In this document: positions 1 to 9,458 of the stretch, in pieces
Position numbering within the stretch: the first letter of the stretch is position 1
Layout: each line of letters opens with the position of its first letter
Source of the DNA: Candidatus Fraserbacteria bacterium
GTDB lineage: Bacteria > Bipolaricaulota > Bipolaricaulia > RBG-16-55-9 > JANLFV01
DNA: 24,372 bases
Direction: 5' to 3'
Assembly: GCA_037446135.1 (NCBI GenBank)
Contig: JBBIJD010000021.1
Location: 1-24,372 of the forward strand
Program-made: the position numbers and the translations under genes
The notes under the pieces: model-generated
Seen by the model: only the letters and a program-made list of their open reading frames with translations
The model's database searches: none
What the model was told of the DNA's origin: nothing

Positions 1-768
1 GTCGAACTCGAGCTTGGTCAGGGTCATAGAGAGCTCCGGCGGCTCCTCGATCTCGACCGGCCGCCCCTCAGGATGAGTGGCGAAGTCATAGAAGATCTGG
101 AAGTGCTCGATGAGGATCTGAGAGGCCAGCTTCAGGGCCTCCATCGGCCTGATCCCGCCGTTGGTCTCGATCTCCAGGATCAGCCGCTCGTAGTCGGTCC
201 GCTCGCCCACGCGGGTCGGCTCGACCTTGAAGTTAGCCAACTTGACGGGGGAGAAGTCAGAGTCGACCGGGATGACCCCTAGAGGCATATCCTTCCGCTT
301 ATTCCGCTCCGCAGGGCGGTAGCCGACCCCCGGTTCGACCTCCAGCTCGCAGCGGAGCTGGCCGCCCTCGTCGAGGGAGGCGATATGGAGGTCAGGGTTG
401 AGGATCTCCACCCCCTTTGGGGTCTCGAGCTGGGCCGCGGTCACCTCGCCAGGGCCTTTGGCCGAGAGCTCCAGCCGGAGCGGCTCGCTCCCCTCAGCCT
501 CGCCCTCCAGCCGGAGGGCCAACTCCTTGAGATTGAGGATGATCTCGAGGAGGTCCTCCTTCACCCCCGGGAGCGTGTCATACTCGTGGTAGTGGCCATC
601 GAATCGGACCCGTGTGACGGCCGCCCCGGGGATCGAGGAGAGGAGGACCCGCCGCAGGGGGTTCCCGAGCGTCACCCCGAAGCCCCGCTCGAGGGGCTCG
701 ATGGTGATCCGCCCGTAGCTGTCAGTGAGCTCCTCGGCCTTGATCACCGGTCTGATCCGCTGTTCCAT
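1..768 (-). CDS. rpoA: DNA-directed RNA polymerase subunit alpha (3' end beyond the window)
   Basis: Not in the ORF track because there is no stop in the window. My translation from ATG 768: MEQRIRPVIKAEELTDSYGRITIEPLERGFGVTLGNPLRRVLLSSIPGAAVT...PGVKEDLLEIILNLK...IPVDSDFSPVKLANFKVEPTRVGERTDYERLILEIETNG; frame open to position 1; follows rpsD. Confidence 0.97.
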   Translation of the reverse strand, partial: MEQRIRPVIKAEELTDSYGRITIEPLERGFGVTLGNPLRRVLLSSIPGAAVTRVRFDGHYHEYDTLPGVKEDLLEIILNLKELALRLEGEAEGSEPLRLELSAKGPGEVTAAQLETPKGVEILNPDLHIASLDEGGQLRCELEVEPGVGYRPAERNKRKDMPLGVIPVDSDFSPVKLANFKVEPTRVGERTDYERLILEIETNGGIRPMEALKLASQILIEHFQIFYDFATHPEGRPVEIEEPPELSMTLTKLEFD

Positions 769-786
769 CTCTTCCTTCTCGCTCCT

Positions 787-1416
787 CTAGCGGGAGTAAT
801 ACTCGACGATCAGGCTCGCCTGGATCGTCTGCTCCACCTCCGCCGGATCGGGCCAGGCGATCATCCGGACTCGGCCGTCCTCGCGCTGGAGCCAGGAGGG
901 GAGGGGGCTCTTCCGTTCGGCCATCTCCGCCAGGAGGGCCTTGATCCCCCGCTTCCCCAACGACTCCTCGCGGAGGGAGACGACATCCCCCTCCTCGAGG
1001 AGGTAGGAGGGGATATCGACCTTCCGGTCGTTGACGAGGAAGTGGCCGTGCCGGATGAGCTGGCGCGCGTGATTCCTGGAGCTGGAGAGGCCGGCCCGGT
1101 AGACGACATTATCGAGCCGCCGTTCCAATAGCTGGATCAGATAATCTCCGGTCACGCCCTTCCGCCGCTTGGCCAGCTCGACATACCGACGGAATTGCTC
1201 CTCCCTTAGGCGGTAGATCCGCTTGGCCTTCTGCTTCTCTCGGAGGTGGATCGCATACTGCGAGGCCTTCCCGAACCGCCGCCGCACCCGCATCCCTGGA
1301 GGATAGCTCCGCCGCTCCAGGGGGCACTTCTCGGTATAACACTTCAGGCCCTTGAGGAAGAGCTTCTCCCCCTCGCGGCGGCAGGCCCGGCACTTCGCTC
1401 CAGTATCCCTACCCAT
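787..1416 (-). CDS. rpsD: 30S ribosomal protein S4 (uS4), Zn-binding type
   Basis: CRACRREGEKLFLKGLKCYTEKC N-terminus; LLERRLDNVVYRAG; ARQLIRHGH; IVEYYSR end. Confidence 0.98.
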   Translation of the reverse strand: MGRDTGAKCRACRREGEKLFLKGLKCYTEKCPLERRSYPPGMRVRRRFGKASQYAIHLREKQKAKRIYRLREEQFRRYVELAKRRKGVTGDYLIQLLERRLDNVVYRAGLSSSRNHARQLIRHGHFLVNDRKVDIPSYLLEEGDVVSLREESLGKRGIKALLAEMAERKSPLPSWLQREDGRVRMIAWPDPAEVEQTIQASLIVEYYSR

Positions 1417-1450
1417 TCTCTTCTCCTTACCTCCTTAGCCTCGATCTAGC

Positions 1451-1777
1451 CTAGCTGTGGGGTTGCGGGGTGATGTTCTTGACCTCCTCGACCCTGATCC
1501 CCGAGCCCTTGAGGGTCTGGATCACAGAGTTCCGCCCCCCGCCGGTCCCCTTGACCAGGACGACGACAGAGCGGACGCCGAACTCCCTCATCCGCTCGAG
1601 GAGCCGCTCCGCAGCGGTCTGGGCCGCGAAGGGCGTCCCCTTCCGCGAGCCCTTGAACCCGACTACCCCCGGGCTGATCCAGGTGAGGACATTCCCGTTA
1701 GTGTCAGTGAGGGTGAGGATCGTGTTGTTGAAGGTGGCATGGACATAGAGCCTCGCCCGCTCGACCTTCTTCGCCAT
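1451..1777 (-). CDS. rpsK: 30S ribosomal protein S11 (uS11), C-terminally short (108 aa)
   Basis: HATFNNTILTLTD, GFKGSRKGTPFAAQ, VKGTGGGR, ITPQPH; lies between rpsM and rpsD. Confidence 0.97.
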   Translation of the reverse strand: MAKKVERARLYVHATFNNTILTLTDTNGNVLTWISPGVVGFKGSRKGTPFAAQTAAERLLERMREFGVRSVVVLVKGTGGGRNSVIQTLKGSGIRVEEVKNITPQPHS

Positions 1778-1788
1778 TCCCTCCTCCT

Positions 1789-2157
1789 CTACTTCTTCTT
1801 CCCGGCCTTCGCCGGCCTCGGCCCCTTCCAGGTCCGGGCGTTCGAGCGGGTCCGTTGCCCACGGACTGGGAGCCCGACCTTATGGCGCAGGCCGCGATAG
1901 CAGTTGATATCCTTCAACCGCTGGATGTCCCCCCGGACCTTCCGCCGCAGGTCCCCCTCAACGACATACTTCCCTTCGATCTCGCGCCGCAGCTCGGCGA
2001 TCTCCTCCTCGGAGAGTTCCCGGACCCGCTTATCGGGGTTGACGCCCGTGGCGGCGAGGATCCTATTGGCCAGAGATCGCCCGATCCCGTAGATGTAAGT
2101 CAGGGCGATCTCGACCCGCTTGTTATCCGGAAGGTCAGCGCCGGCAATCCGGGCCAT
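1789..2157 (-). CDS. rpsM: 30S ribosomal protein S13 (uS13)
   Basis: [22 protein letters not shown]...[14 protein letters not shown]. Confidence 0.99.
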   Translation of the reverse strand: MARIAGADLPDNKRVEIALTYIYGIGRSLANRILAATGVNPDKRVRELSEEEIAELRREIEGKYVVEGDLRRKVRGDIQRLKDINCYRGLRHKVGLPVRGQRTRSNARTWKGPRPAKAGKKK

Positions 2158-2163
2158 CCCCGA

Positions 2164-2277
2164 TCACCCTTGCCTCTGCTTGTGCTTCGGATTCTTGCAG
2201 ATCACCATGAGCCTCCCATGCCGCTTGATCAGCTTGCAATTATCGCAGATCTTCTTCACCGAACTCCGCACCTTCAT
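2164..2277 (-). CDS. rpmJ: 50S ribosomal protein L36 (bL36), Zn-ribbon type, 37 aa
   Basis: Too short for the ORF track. My translation: [39 protein letters not shown]-like AGGTGA upstream. Confidence 0.98.
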   Translation of the reverse strand: MKVRSSVKKICDNCKLIKRHGRLMVICKNPKHKQRQG

Positions 2278-2287
2278 CCTCGATCAC

Positions 2288-2509
2288 CTAGCTCTCCCGG
2301 TAAATGATCCGCCCCTTAGTGAGGTCATAGGGGGAGAACTCCACCACGACCCGGTCGCCATTGAGGATCCGGATATAGTGCTTCCGCATCCTCCCGGAGA
2401 TGTGACAAAGAGCCTCCTGCCCGTCATCGAACCGGACCTTAAACAACGAGCTCGGATAGGCCTCGATCACCTCTCCGCGCTTCCGGATAAAGCTCCCCTT
2501 AGTGACCAC
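2288..2509 (-). CDS. infA: Translation initiation factor IF-1
   Basis: GEVIEAYP..FKV..CHISGRMRKHYIRILNGDRVVVEFSPYDLTKGRIIYR; GTG start preceded by strong SD AAAGGAGGT inside map. Confidence 0.98.
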   Translation of the reverse strand: MVTKGSFIRKRGEVIEAYPSSLFKVRFDDGQEALCHISGRMRKHYIRILNGDRVVVEFSPYDLTKGRIIYRES

Positions 2510-3261
2510 ACACCTCCTTTGGTCAGGATCTCCGGCCCCGTCTCCGTGACGAGGATCATCTCCTCAAAGTGGGCCGCCAGCCCACCATGCGGGGTTATCG
2601 CCGTCCAGCCATCGGGCCGGAGGCGGACCGAGCCCGCGTTCTCCATAACCATCGCCTCGATGCATAGGACCATCCCCGCCCGGAGGCGCGGCCCCTCTCC
2701 CGGTGGGCCGAAATTCGGGATCTGCGGATCTTCGTGGAGCTTCCGCCCGATCCCGTGGCCTGTGTATTCCTTCACCACATGATAGCCCTGCCCCTCCACA
2801 TAGGAGCCGATCGCGTGTGAGATGTCCGAGACATGATTCCCTACCAAAGCGGCCTCGATTCCCCGCTCCTCGGCCTCCCGGGTCACCTCGAGGAGCCGCT
2901 GGGCCCGTGGGCTCCCTGGGCTGAGGAGGACCGTCGTGGCCCAATCGGCATAGAAGCCCCGGCGGTAGAGGCCGAGATCGAGGGAGAGGAGGTCCCCTTC
3001 TTGCAATATTTTATCATCCCTGGGGATCCCGTGCACGACCTCCTCGTTGATCGAGGTGCAAAGCGCCGCGGGATAGCCGCGGTAGCCCTTGAAGGCCGGG
3101 CTGGCGCCCGCGCGGTGGATCAGCCGCTCCGCCAAGCGGTCGAGGGCTGCGGTCGAGACCCCAGGCCGGGCCTGGGCCACGACCTCCTCCAAGATCTCGA
3201 CCAGGAGGAGGGCATTCTCCCGGATGATCGCGATCTCCCGAGCCGATCTGATGCTGATCAT
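2467..3261 (-). CDS. map: Type I methionine aminopeptidase
   Basis: CTSINEEVVHGIP, SLDLG..GFYAD, YTGHGIG..LHEDP, CIE, AAHFEE metal-ligand motifs; adk-map-infA order. Confidence 0.97.
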   Translation of the reverse strand: MISIRSAREIAIIRENALLLVEILEEVVAQARPGVSTAALDRLAERLIHRAGASPAFKGYRGYPAALCTSINEEVVHGIPRDDKILQEGDLLSLDLGLYRRGFYADWATTVLLSPGSPRAQRLLEVTREAEERGIEAALVGNHVSDISHAIGSYVEGQGYHVVKEYTGHGIGRKLHEDPQIPNFGPPGEGPRLRAGMVLCIEAMVMENAGSVRLRPDGWTAITPHGGLAAHFEEMILVTETGPEILTKGGVWSLRGALSGSAER

Positions 3262-3917
3262 CGCAGGACCTCGAGCGCCTCCTGGAAGAGCTCCTCGATC
3301 GGGCGGCCTCCCTCGACCTCGACCAATAGCCCGCGCTCTCTGTAAAAATCCTTCAAGGGGGCCGTCTCTTCCTGGTAGACCCGATACCGCCGGCGGATCA
3401 CCTCCGGCTTATCATCATCTCGCTGGAAGAGCTCACCCCCGCAGGAGTCGCATCTCCCCTCGACCTTCGGGGGGTTGGAGACCAAGTTATAATTCCGGCC
3501 ACAGCTCTTGCAGACCCGCCTTGCGGAGAGCCGCCGGACGACCTCCTCCTCCGAGAGGTGGATGTTCAGGACCCGGTCGAGCCGGACCATCCTCTCCAGG
3601 GCCTCGGCCTGGGCGATCGTCCTGGGAAAGCCGTCGAGGATGAAGCCGCTGCCGCTATCCAGCCGCCCGCGGAGCATCGCGATCACCAACTCATCGGGGA
3701 CCAGCTCCCCGCGGTCCATATAAGCCTTTGCCTTTCGGCCCAGCTCCGTCCCCTGCGCGACCTCCTCGCGGAGGATCTCCCCAGTGGAGATATGCTGGAG
3801 CTTGAGCTCCTTCGCCAAGAGTGCGGCCTGGGTCCCCTTCCCCGCCCCAGGGGGGCCGAGGAGGACAATCCCCTTAGGCTTAGGCGAGGCAGCCCTGCGA
3901 GCCCGATCCCCGCTCAT
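3258..3917 (-). CDS. adk: Adenylate kinase with Zn-binding LID
   Basis: GPPGAGKGTQA P-loop, HISTGEILR, FILDGFPRT, LID CKSC...CDSC, QRDDD; ATGA overlap with secY stop. Confidence 0.98.
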   Translation of the reverse strand: MSGDRARRAASPKPKGIVLLGPPGAGKGTQAALLAKELKLQHISTGEILREEVAQGTELGRKAKAYMDRGELVPDELVIAMLRGRLDSGSGFILDGFPRTIAQAEALERMVRLDRVLNIHLSEEEVVRRLSARRVCKSCGRNYNLVSNPPKVEGRCDSCGGELFQRDDDKPEVIRRRYRVYQEETAPLKDFYRERGLLVEVEGGRPIEELFQEALEVLR

Positions 3918-5227
3918 AGCCTCCTCCCCAGGACGGCCCCCTTCTTGATCAAGCTCTCATACTGCCGCTCGACCATGTGGGCCTCGATCTGCTTCATCAT
4001 ATCCACCCCGACGCCGACGACGATCAAGAGCGAGGTCCCGCCGATCCAGATCCCGCTGATCCCGCTCGCACCGATGATCAGATAGGGCAGGATGGCGATG
4101 GCAGTGAGGAAGAGGGCCCCAATGAGTAAGACCCGGTTGATGACCCTGCTGATGTAGTCCGAGGTATACCGTCCCGGCCGGATCCCGGGGATGAACCCGC
4201 CCCATTTCCTCAAGTTCTCCGAGACATCTCTGGGGTCGAAGACGATCGCGCTGTAGAAGTATGTAAAGAAGATGATCAAGATCGCATAGGCCGCAAGATA
4301 AGCGGGAGTCCCCTCGCCCACATAATTGCGGAGCCACTGCCAGCCGGGGATGAAGTTGATCACCGTGAGTGGGAGGGCAAGGAGTGCCGCGGCGAAGATG
4401 ATCGGGATGACCCCGCCTTGGTTGACAGCGATCGGGAGATAAGTGGACTGACCGCCATAGACCCGGCCCTGGACGATCCGCTTAGCGTACTGGACCTCGA
4501 CTCTCCGGGCCCCGAGTTGGACGAGGACGATCCCCGCAGTCACCCCGATGAAGACAATGATCAATGCCAGGGCCCAGAAGGGGCTAGTCGAGCCGGTCGA
4601 GATCTGGAGATAGGTGTTCCGGACATAGGCGGGGAAGCGGGAGATGATCCCGAGCATGATGATCATGGAGATCCCATTCCCGATCCCATTCTCGGTGATC
4701 CTCTCCCCGAGCCACATCAGGAAGATCGTCCCCGCGACCATCGCGATCAGCGAGGTGAGATAGAAGGGGATGATCGGCTGGCCCGGCTGGAGGAGCCCTT
4801 GGTTGACGATAACGACGCTGTAACCGAGCGCCTGGATGATGGCCAGTAGGACCGTGGCGTAGCGGGTCCAGCGAGTGATGATCTTTCGCCCTTCCTCGCC
4901 CTGCTGCTGGAGCTCCTTTAAGCGGGGGATGATCGGGACGAGCAGGCTGAAGATGATCGAGGCGTTGATATAGGGGACGACGCCGAGGGCGAAGAGGGAG
5001 AAGTTCTCCAGGGCCCCGCCGCTGAACATGTTGAGGAAGCCGAAGATCCCCCCGCCGAACCCTTGGAAGAAGTTGGCGAAGGCCTCGAGGTCGACCCCCG
5101 GGACTGGGATCCAGGCCCCGATCCGGAAGACGATGATCGCCCCCAAGGTGAAGAGGGCCCGCTTCTTGACCTCAGGGATGCTGAAGGCCTGAACGGTGCT
5201 CCGCCATAGGCTGACCCGCTGGGCCAT
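3914..5227 (-). CDS. secY: Preprotein translocase subunit SecY
   Basis: About 10 hydrophobic segments; FSLFALGVVPYINASII, MWLGERITENGIGNGIS, GVIPIIFA, FIPGIRPG, GGTSLLIVVGV. Confidence 0.98.
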   Translation of the reverse strand: MAQRVSLWRSTVQAFSIPEVKKRALFTLGAIIVFRIGAWIPVPGVDLEAFANFFQGFGGGIFGFLNMFSGGALENFSLFALGVVPYINASIIFSLLVPIIPRLKELQQQGEEGRKIITRWTRYATVLLAIIQALGYSVVIVNQGLLQPGQPIIPFYLTSLIAMVAGTIFLMWLGERITENGIGNGISMIIMLGIISRFPAYVRNTYLQISTGSTSPFWALALIIVFIGVTAGIVLVQLGARRVEVQYAKRIVQGRVYGGQSTYLPIAVNQGGVIPIIFAAALLALPLTVINFIPGWQWLRNYVGEGTPAYLAAYAILIIFFTYFYSAIVFDPRDVSENLRKWGGFIPGIRPGRYTSDYISRVINRVLLIGALFLTAIAILPYLIIGASGISGIWIGGTSLLIVVGVGVDMMKQIEAHMVERQYESLIKKGAVLGRRL

Positions 5228-5229
5228 AG

Positions 5230-5712
5230 TTACTCTGCCGCTCCTCTCTTATCCTTCTCCTTCTCTCTCGGCTCCAGCTCGATCGCCTGGCCTCCGGCCG
5301 CCTCGATCGCCACCTTGGCCGACTTAGAGAAGCGATGGGCCCGGACGACCAGGGCCTTGGTGAGCTTCCCTCGGCCGAGGATCTTGACCTCTCGGCGGCC
5401 CTTGACTAGCCCGCGCTCCCGTAGGAGCGGCGGGGTCACCTCCGCCCCGGACTCGAAGGCCCGCTCGAGGACATCGAGATTGATCCAGTCATAGCTCTTC
5501 CGGTTGGGGCTCCGGAAGCCCCGCTTGGGAAGCCTCTTCCAGAGGGGTGTCTGGCCCCCCTCGAATCCCGGGACCATCCGGACGCCGGTCCGGGCCTTCT
5601 GGCCCTTGGTGCCCCGCCCGGACTGGTTCCCATGGCCGCTAGCGTTCCCCCGCCCGACCCGCTTCTCCTTGTGTTTAGCCCCGGGCGCGGGTCGTAGCTC
5701 CTCGAGCTTCAT
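5230..5712 (-). CDS. rplO: 50S ribosomal protein L15 (uL15)
   Basis: [44 protein letters not shown]. Confidence 0.98.
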   Translation of the reverse strand: MKLEELRPAPGAKHKEKRVGRGNASGHGNQSGRGTKGQKARTGVRMVPGFEGGQTPLWKRLPKRGFRSPNRKSYDWINLDVLERAFESGAEVTPPLLRERGLVKGRREVKILGRGKLTKALVVRAHRFSKSAKVAIEAAGGQAIELEPREKEKDKRGAAE

Positions 5713-6239
5713 CTTAAGAGTTCCTCCACCTTCTTGTCTCGCAGGCGCGCGACTTCCTCGGGAGTCCGGAGCTGCTGGAGGGCCACGATAGTCGCTCGGG
5801 CGAGCGTGAGAGGATTGGTCGAGCCGAGCGATTTGGTGAGGATATCCTTGATCCCGGCGAGGCGGCAGATCGTCCCGACGGTCGTCCCGGCGATGATCCC
5901 CGTCCCTTTGTAGGCTGGCTTGAGGAGGACTCTCGCCGCTTTGAACTTCCCCTCGACCTCATGGGGGATCGTCCGCCCCTCGACGAGAGGGATAGAGATC
6001 ATGTTCCGCTGGGCATCCCGAATCCCCTGCTGGACCGCCTGGGGGATCTCGCGGGTGTTCCCCTTCCCGATCCCCACTCTCCCGGCCCCGTCCCCCACAA
6101 TGACTATGGCCCGGAAGGAGAGGTTCTTCCCCCCCTTGGTCACCTTGGCCACCCGGCGGATGTCGATGACCTCGCTCTGGAGCTCCGCTGTCCCGTTCAG
6201 AACCGCCCCTGACACCCCGCGTCGCGCACTCTGGTTCAA
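5709..6239 (-). CDS. rpsE: 30S ribosomal protein S5 (uS5)
   Basis: [50 protein letters not shown] start overlaps the rplR stop, with AGGAGG 9 nt upstream; start is somewhat uncertain. Confidence 0.97.
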   Translation of the reverse strand: MNQSARRGVSGAVLNGTAELQSEVIDIRRVAKVTKGGKNLSFRAIVIVGDGAGRVGIGKGNTREIPQAVQQGIRDAQRNMISIPLVEGRTIPHEVEGKFKAARVLLKPAYKGTGIIAGTTVGTICRLAGIKDILTKSLGSTNPLTLARATIVALQQLRTPEEVARLRDKKVEELLR

Positions 6240-6592
6240 AACTTCAATCCTCCTTCCCTTGCCGCCTCGGCGAGGGCCTTGATCCGCCCGTGGTAGGGGT
6301 AGCCGCTCCGGTCGAAGACGACCTGGGTGATCCCTTGGGCCTCCGCCCGCGCAGCGAGGAGCTTCCCCACCTCCTTGGCCGAGGCGATGTTGCAGCCGGA
6401 ACCGTTGAACTGGGGGTCGAGAGTCGAGGCCGCGACGAGCGTCCGCCCCGTGGTATCGTCGATCAATTGGGCATAGATGTGACGGAGGCTCTTGTAGACA
6501 CAGAGTCGAGGGCGCTCCGCCGTCCCGAAGATCTTCTTCCGGATCCGGCGGTGGCGGCGCTTCCGGGCCTCCTCTCTAGTTAAGCGCGTCAT
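6236..6592 (-). CDS. rplR: 50S ribosomal protein L18 (uL18)
   Basis: [55 protein letters not shown]. Confidence 0.98.
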   Translation of the reverse strand: MTRLTREEARKRRHRRIRKKIFGTAERPRLCVYKSLRHIYAQLIDDTTGRTLVAASTLDPQFNGSGCNIASAKEVGKLLAARAEAQGITQVVFDRSGYPYHGRIKALAEAAREGGLKF

Positions 6593-6613
6593 CTCTAGTC
6601 AGTTCAGTCTAGG

Positions 6614-7165
6614 CTAGGCAGCGGCCTTCCTCCCGAGCTTCCCTTCCTTCCGGATGATTTGCTCGTCCTTATACCTGATCCCCGTCCCCTGATAGGGCTC
6701 GGGCTTGCGGAAGGCGCGGATCTTGGCCGCGACCTGGCCGACCAGTTGCTTATCGGGACTGCGGAGGACGATCTGATCCTGGGCCGGGAGCGAGACCTCC
6801 ACTCCCTGGGGGACCTCATAGCGGACAGGGTGGGAGAAGCCGATCTCCAGCTCCAGTGTCCTTCCCAAAAGCTTCGCCCGATAGCCGAGCCCCTTGAGAA
6901 TTAGCGTCTTAGTGTAGGGCTCGCTCATCCCCTGGATCATGTTGGCGATCAGCGAGCGGTAGAGGCCATGACGGGCGCGATACTCGGGGGAATCCCCCTT
7001 GCGCCGGACGAGGATCTGCCCATCTTGGAGTTCGACCGTCACCTTATCCGGCTCGTAGCGCTGCTCCAGCCGGCCATACTTCCCGCTCACGATCACCCGC
7101 TCGGGGGTGATCTCCACCTTCACCCCCGGGGGGACTGGTATTGGTCGCTTCCCGATCCTAGACAT
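6614..7165 (-). CDS. rplF: 50S ribosomal protein L6 (uL6)
   Basis: MSRIGKRPI, HGLYRSLIANMIQG, GLGYRA, GFSHPV, RKPEPYQGTGIRY. Confidence 0.98.
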   Translation of the reverse strand: MSRIGKRPIPVPPGVKVEITPERVIVSGKYGRLEQRYEPDKVTVELQDGQILVRRKGDSPEYRARHGLYRSLIANMIQGMSEPYTKTLILKGLGYRAKLLGRTLELEIGFSHPVRYEVPQGVEVSLPAQDQIVLRSPDKQLVGQVAAKIRAFRKPEPYQGTGIRYKDEQIIRKEGKLGRKAAA

Positions 7166-7176
7166 CTCCGCTCAGT

Positions 7177-7572
7177 TCACCAGACCTTGCAGAGGAGCTC
7201 GCCGCCGATCCCACGCTCTCGCGCCTCCCGGTCGGTCATGACCCCCTGAGAGGTCGAGAGGATGGCGACCCCCAGGCCGCCGCGGACCTTGGGGAGCTCG
7301 TCCTTCTCGAGATAGATCCGCTGGGAGGGCCGGCTCACCCGCTCGATCCCGGTGATCACCCGCTCCTTCCCCCGCTTCCCCTTATACTTGAGGAAGATGG
7401 TCAGCCTCCGCTTGACCCCCTCTTCCTCGACCTTATAGCCAGTGATATAGCCCTCTTCCTCGAGGACTTTTGCGATCTCCTCCTTGAGGCGCGAGGCGGG
7501 GAGGCGGACCTCAGGGAGGAAGCGCTCATTCGCGTTCCTGATCCGCGTCAGCATGTCCGCTATCGGGTCCAT
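7177..7572 (-). CDS. rpsH: 30S ribosomal protein S8 (uS8)
   Basis: DPIADMLTRIRNA, LEEEGYI, SRPSQRIY, GLGVAILSTSQGVMTD..AR..GIGGE. Confidence 0.99.
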   Translation of the reverse strand: MDPIADMLTRIRNANERFLPEVRLPASRLKEEIAKVLEEEGYITGYKVEEEGVKRRLTIFLKYKGKRGKERVITGIERVSRPSQRIYLEKDELPKVRGGLGVAILSTSQGVMTDREARERGIGGELLCKVW

Positions 7573-7573
7573 C

Positions 7574-7759
7574 TTACCAACTCGCCTTCTTCACCCCGGG
7601 GACGAGCCCACGATGGGCCAGCTCGCGGAAGCAGAGCCGACAGACCCCGAAGTCCCGGATATAACCGCCGGGCCGGCCGCAGATCCGGCAGCGATTATGC
7701 CGCCTTACCGGGAACTTCGGCTCCCGCTGGGACTTGATGATCAGCGCCTTCTTCGCCAT
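7574..7759 (-). CDS. rpsN: 30S ribosomal protein S14 (uS14), short Zn-binding type Z
   Basis: 61 aa; RCRICGRP...GVCRLCFRE...PGVKKASW. Confidence 0.98.
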   Translation of the reverse strand: MAKKALIIKSQREPKFPVRRHNRCRICGRPGGYIRDFGVCRLCFRELAHRGLVPGVKKASW

Positions 7760-7761
7760 CT

Positions 7762-8295
7762 TTAATCCTTGAACGGCAACCCGAGCTCCTTCAAGAGATA
7801 ATACCCTTCCCGATCGGTCTTGGCGGTCGTGACGATCGTGATGTCCATCCCTTGGACCTTCTCGATCTCATCATACTTGATCTCGGGGAAGACCAATTGC
7901 TCATCGAGGCCGAGGCTGTAGTTCCCCCGGCCATCGAATGAGGCCGAGGAGAGCCCGCGGAAGTCGCGGGTCTTGGGGAGGACGAGATTGAAGAGCTTCT
8001 CCAAGAAGGCATAAGCCCGGACCCCGCGGAGGGTAACCATGCAGCCGACCGGCTTCCCCTTGGTGATCTTGAAGTCGGAGATCGAGCGCTTCGCTCGGGT
8101 CACCACCGGCCGCTGGCCCGTGATCAACGAGAGGTCTCGGATCACGCCTTCGAGGACCTTGGGGTTATCCGTCTCCGAGACACCGGCGTTGATGATGACC
8201 TTCTCGATCCGCGGGACCTGCATCACATTCTTATACCCCAATTCCGCCATCAGCTTGGGGATGATCTCCCCCTTAAACCGCTCGTAGAGCATCAT
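7762..8295 (-). CDS. rplE: 50S ribosomal protein L5 (uL5)
   Basis: [40 protein letters not shown]...FDGRGNY, QLVFPEI. Start moved from the track's 8322 to ATG 8295 (GGAGG SD, ATGA overlap with rplX stop). Confidence 0.97.
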   Translation of the reverse strand: MMLYERFKGEIIPKLMAELGYKNVMQVPRIEKVIINAGVSETDNPKVLEGVIRDLSLITGQRPVVTRAKRSISDFKITKGKPVGCMVTLRGVRAYAFLEKLFNLVLPKTRDFRGLSSASFDGRGNYSLGLDEQLVFPEIKYDEIEKVQGMDITIVTTAKTDREGYYLLKELGLPFKD

Positions 8296-8618
8296 GGGAA
8301 AGTCCTCCCACACTGCTTGCACTTCCGTAGCTTCTCGCCCTCAGGGCTCCACGCGAACCCGACCCGCGTGGGGGCATCGCACTCCGGGCAGATGACCAGG
8401 ACATTGGAGATGTGGATCTTCCCTTCCCGCTCGATGATCCCGCCTTCGCGCATCCGCGCGGTCGGGCGCTGGTGGCGCTTCACCATGTGGACGCCCTTGA
8501 CGATAATTCTATCCTCGGTGGGGAAGACACGCAAGACCTCCCCGACCTTCCCCCGGTCCCGCCCGGCGATGACCTTCACGATGTCACCCTTCCGCACCTT
8601 CTTCATCAGCCCCTCCAT
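8292..8618 (-). CDS. rplX: 50S ribosomal protein L24 (uL24)
   Basis: [18 protein letters not shown] motif, [19 protein letters not shown]...CKQC; alternative start ATG 8606. Confidence 0.97.
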   Translation of the reverse strand: MEGLMKKVRKGDIVKVIAGRDRGKVGEVLRVFPTEDRIIVKGVHMVKRHQRPTARMREGGIIEREGKIHISNVLVICPECDAPTRVGFAWSPEGEKLRKCKQCGRTFP

Positions 8619-8987
8619 CTAGAGGACCTCCGAGGCCAAGGAGATGATCCGAAGGAGCCCCTTGGCCCGCAGCTCCCTTGCAACCGGGCCGAAGACCCTC
8701 GTCCCGAGCGGCTCCATCTGGTCATTGACGAGGACGATCGCGTTGTCATCGAACCTGATGTAACTCCCATCCTCCCGGCGGAAGCGGTCCCGTGAGCGGA
8801 CGATCACCCCCTTGACGACCTTCCCCTTAGGGATCTCGCTAGTGGGGAGCCTCTTCTGGACCGAGCCGACCACGATGTCCCCAATCCTTCCGCCCCTGGC
8901 CTTCCCCCGCTTGAGGATGGCAATACAGCGGACCTCGCGGGCCCCGGAGTTGTCCGCGACCTTGAGGATCGTCCTCTGCTGGATCAC
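8619..8987 (-). CDS. rplN: 50S ribosomal protein L14 (uL14)
   Basis: [45 protein letters not shown]. Confidence 0.99.
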   Translation of the reverse strand: MIQQRTILKVADNSGAREVRCIAILKRGKARGGRIGDIVVGSVQKRLPTSEIPKGKVVKGVIVRSRDRFRREDGSYIRFDDNAIVLVNDQMEPLGTRVFGPVARELRAKGLLRIISLASEVL

Positions 8988-9256
8988 GCCGTCTCTCCTC
9001 CTTGTGCCGCTCCCGAGCGGCGCTCGATAATCTCTACTAGTTCCCAGCGCTTGAGGCGGGAGAGGGGGCGGGTCTCGGCGATCCGGACCAGGTCGCCCTC
9101 CTTAGCCTCGCCCTTCTCGTCATGGGCATAGAACTTAGAGCGCTTCCAGATGAACTTCTTGTAGAGGGGGTGCTGCTCCCGCCGCTCCACCAGGACGGCG
9201 ATCGTCTTCGGCATCTTCGCACTCACGACCCGGCCGATGAACTCCTTCCGCGGCAT
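8984..9256 (-). CDS. rpsQ: 30S ribosomal protein S17 (uS17)
   Basis: [37 protein letters not shown]. Confidence 0.98.
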   Translation of the reverse strand: MPRKEFIGRVVSAKMPKTIAVLVERREQHPLYKKFIWKRSKFYAHDEKGEAKEGDLVRIAETRPLSRLKRWELVEIIERRSGAAQGGETA

Positions 9257-9260
9257 CTTT

Positions 9261-9458
9261 CTAGCCCTCCTCCTTCTGCCGCTCGCGGAGGAGCGTCAGG
9301 ATGCGGGCGATATCCCTCTTCGTCTCCGTGAGCGCGGCCGTGTTCTCTTGGCGGTTCATCGCCACTTGGAAGCGGAGGTTGAAGAGCTTCCGCCGGAGCT
9401 CCCGCTCCTTCCCCCGCAATTCCTCGCTGGTCAGTTCGCGCAATGCCTCCGCTTTCAT
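9261..9458 (-). CDS. rpmC: 50S ribosomal protein L29 (uL29)
   Basis: [12 protein letters not shown]...LFNLRFQ...KRDIARILT; lies between rplP and rpsQ. Confidence 0.97.
   Translation of the reverse strand: MKAEALRELTSEELRGKERELRRKLFNLRFQVAMNRQENTAALTETKRDIARILTLLRERQKEEG

Noticed and set aside
2155..2288. Near-identical 14-mers GGTGATCG(G/A)GGATG flanking rpmJ
   Set aside because: GGTGATC is complementary to the conserved 16S 3' sequence GAUCACC, so an extended SD explains both copies.
8296..8322. N-terminal extension of L5 in the ORF track (similar case for L16 at 9887-9895)
   Set aside because: Downstream ATGs have well-spaced SDs and match typical protein starts, so the extensions are ORF-calling artefacts.
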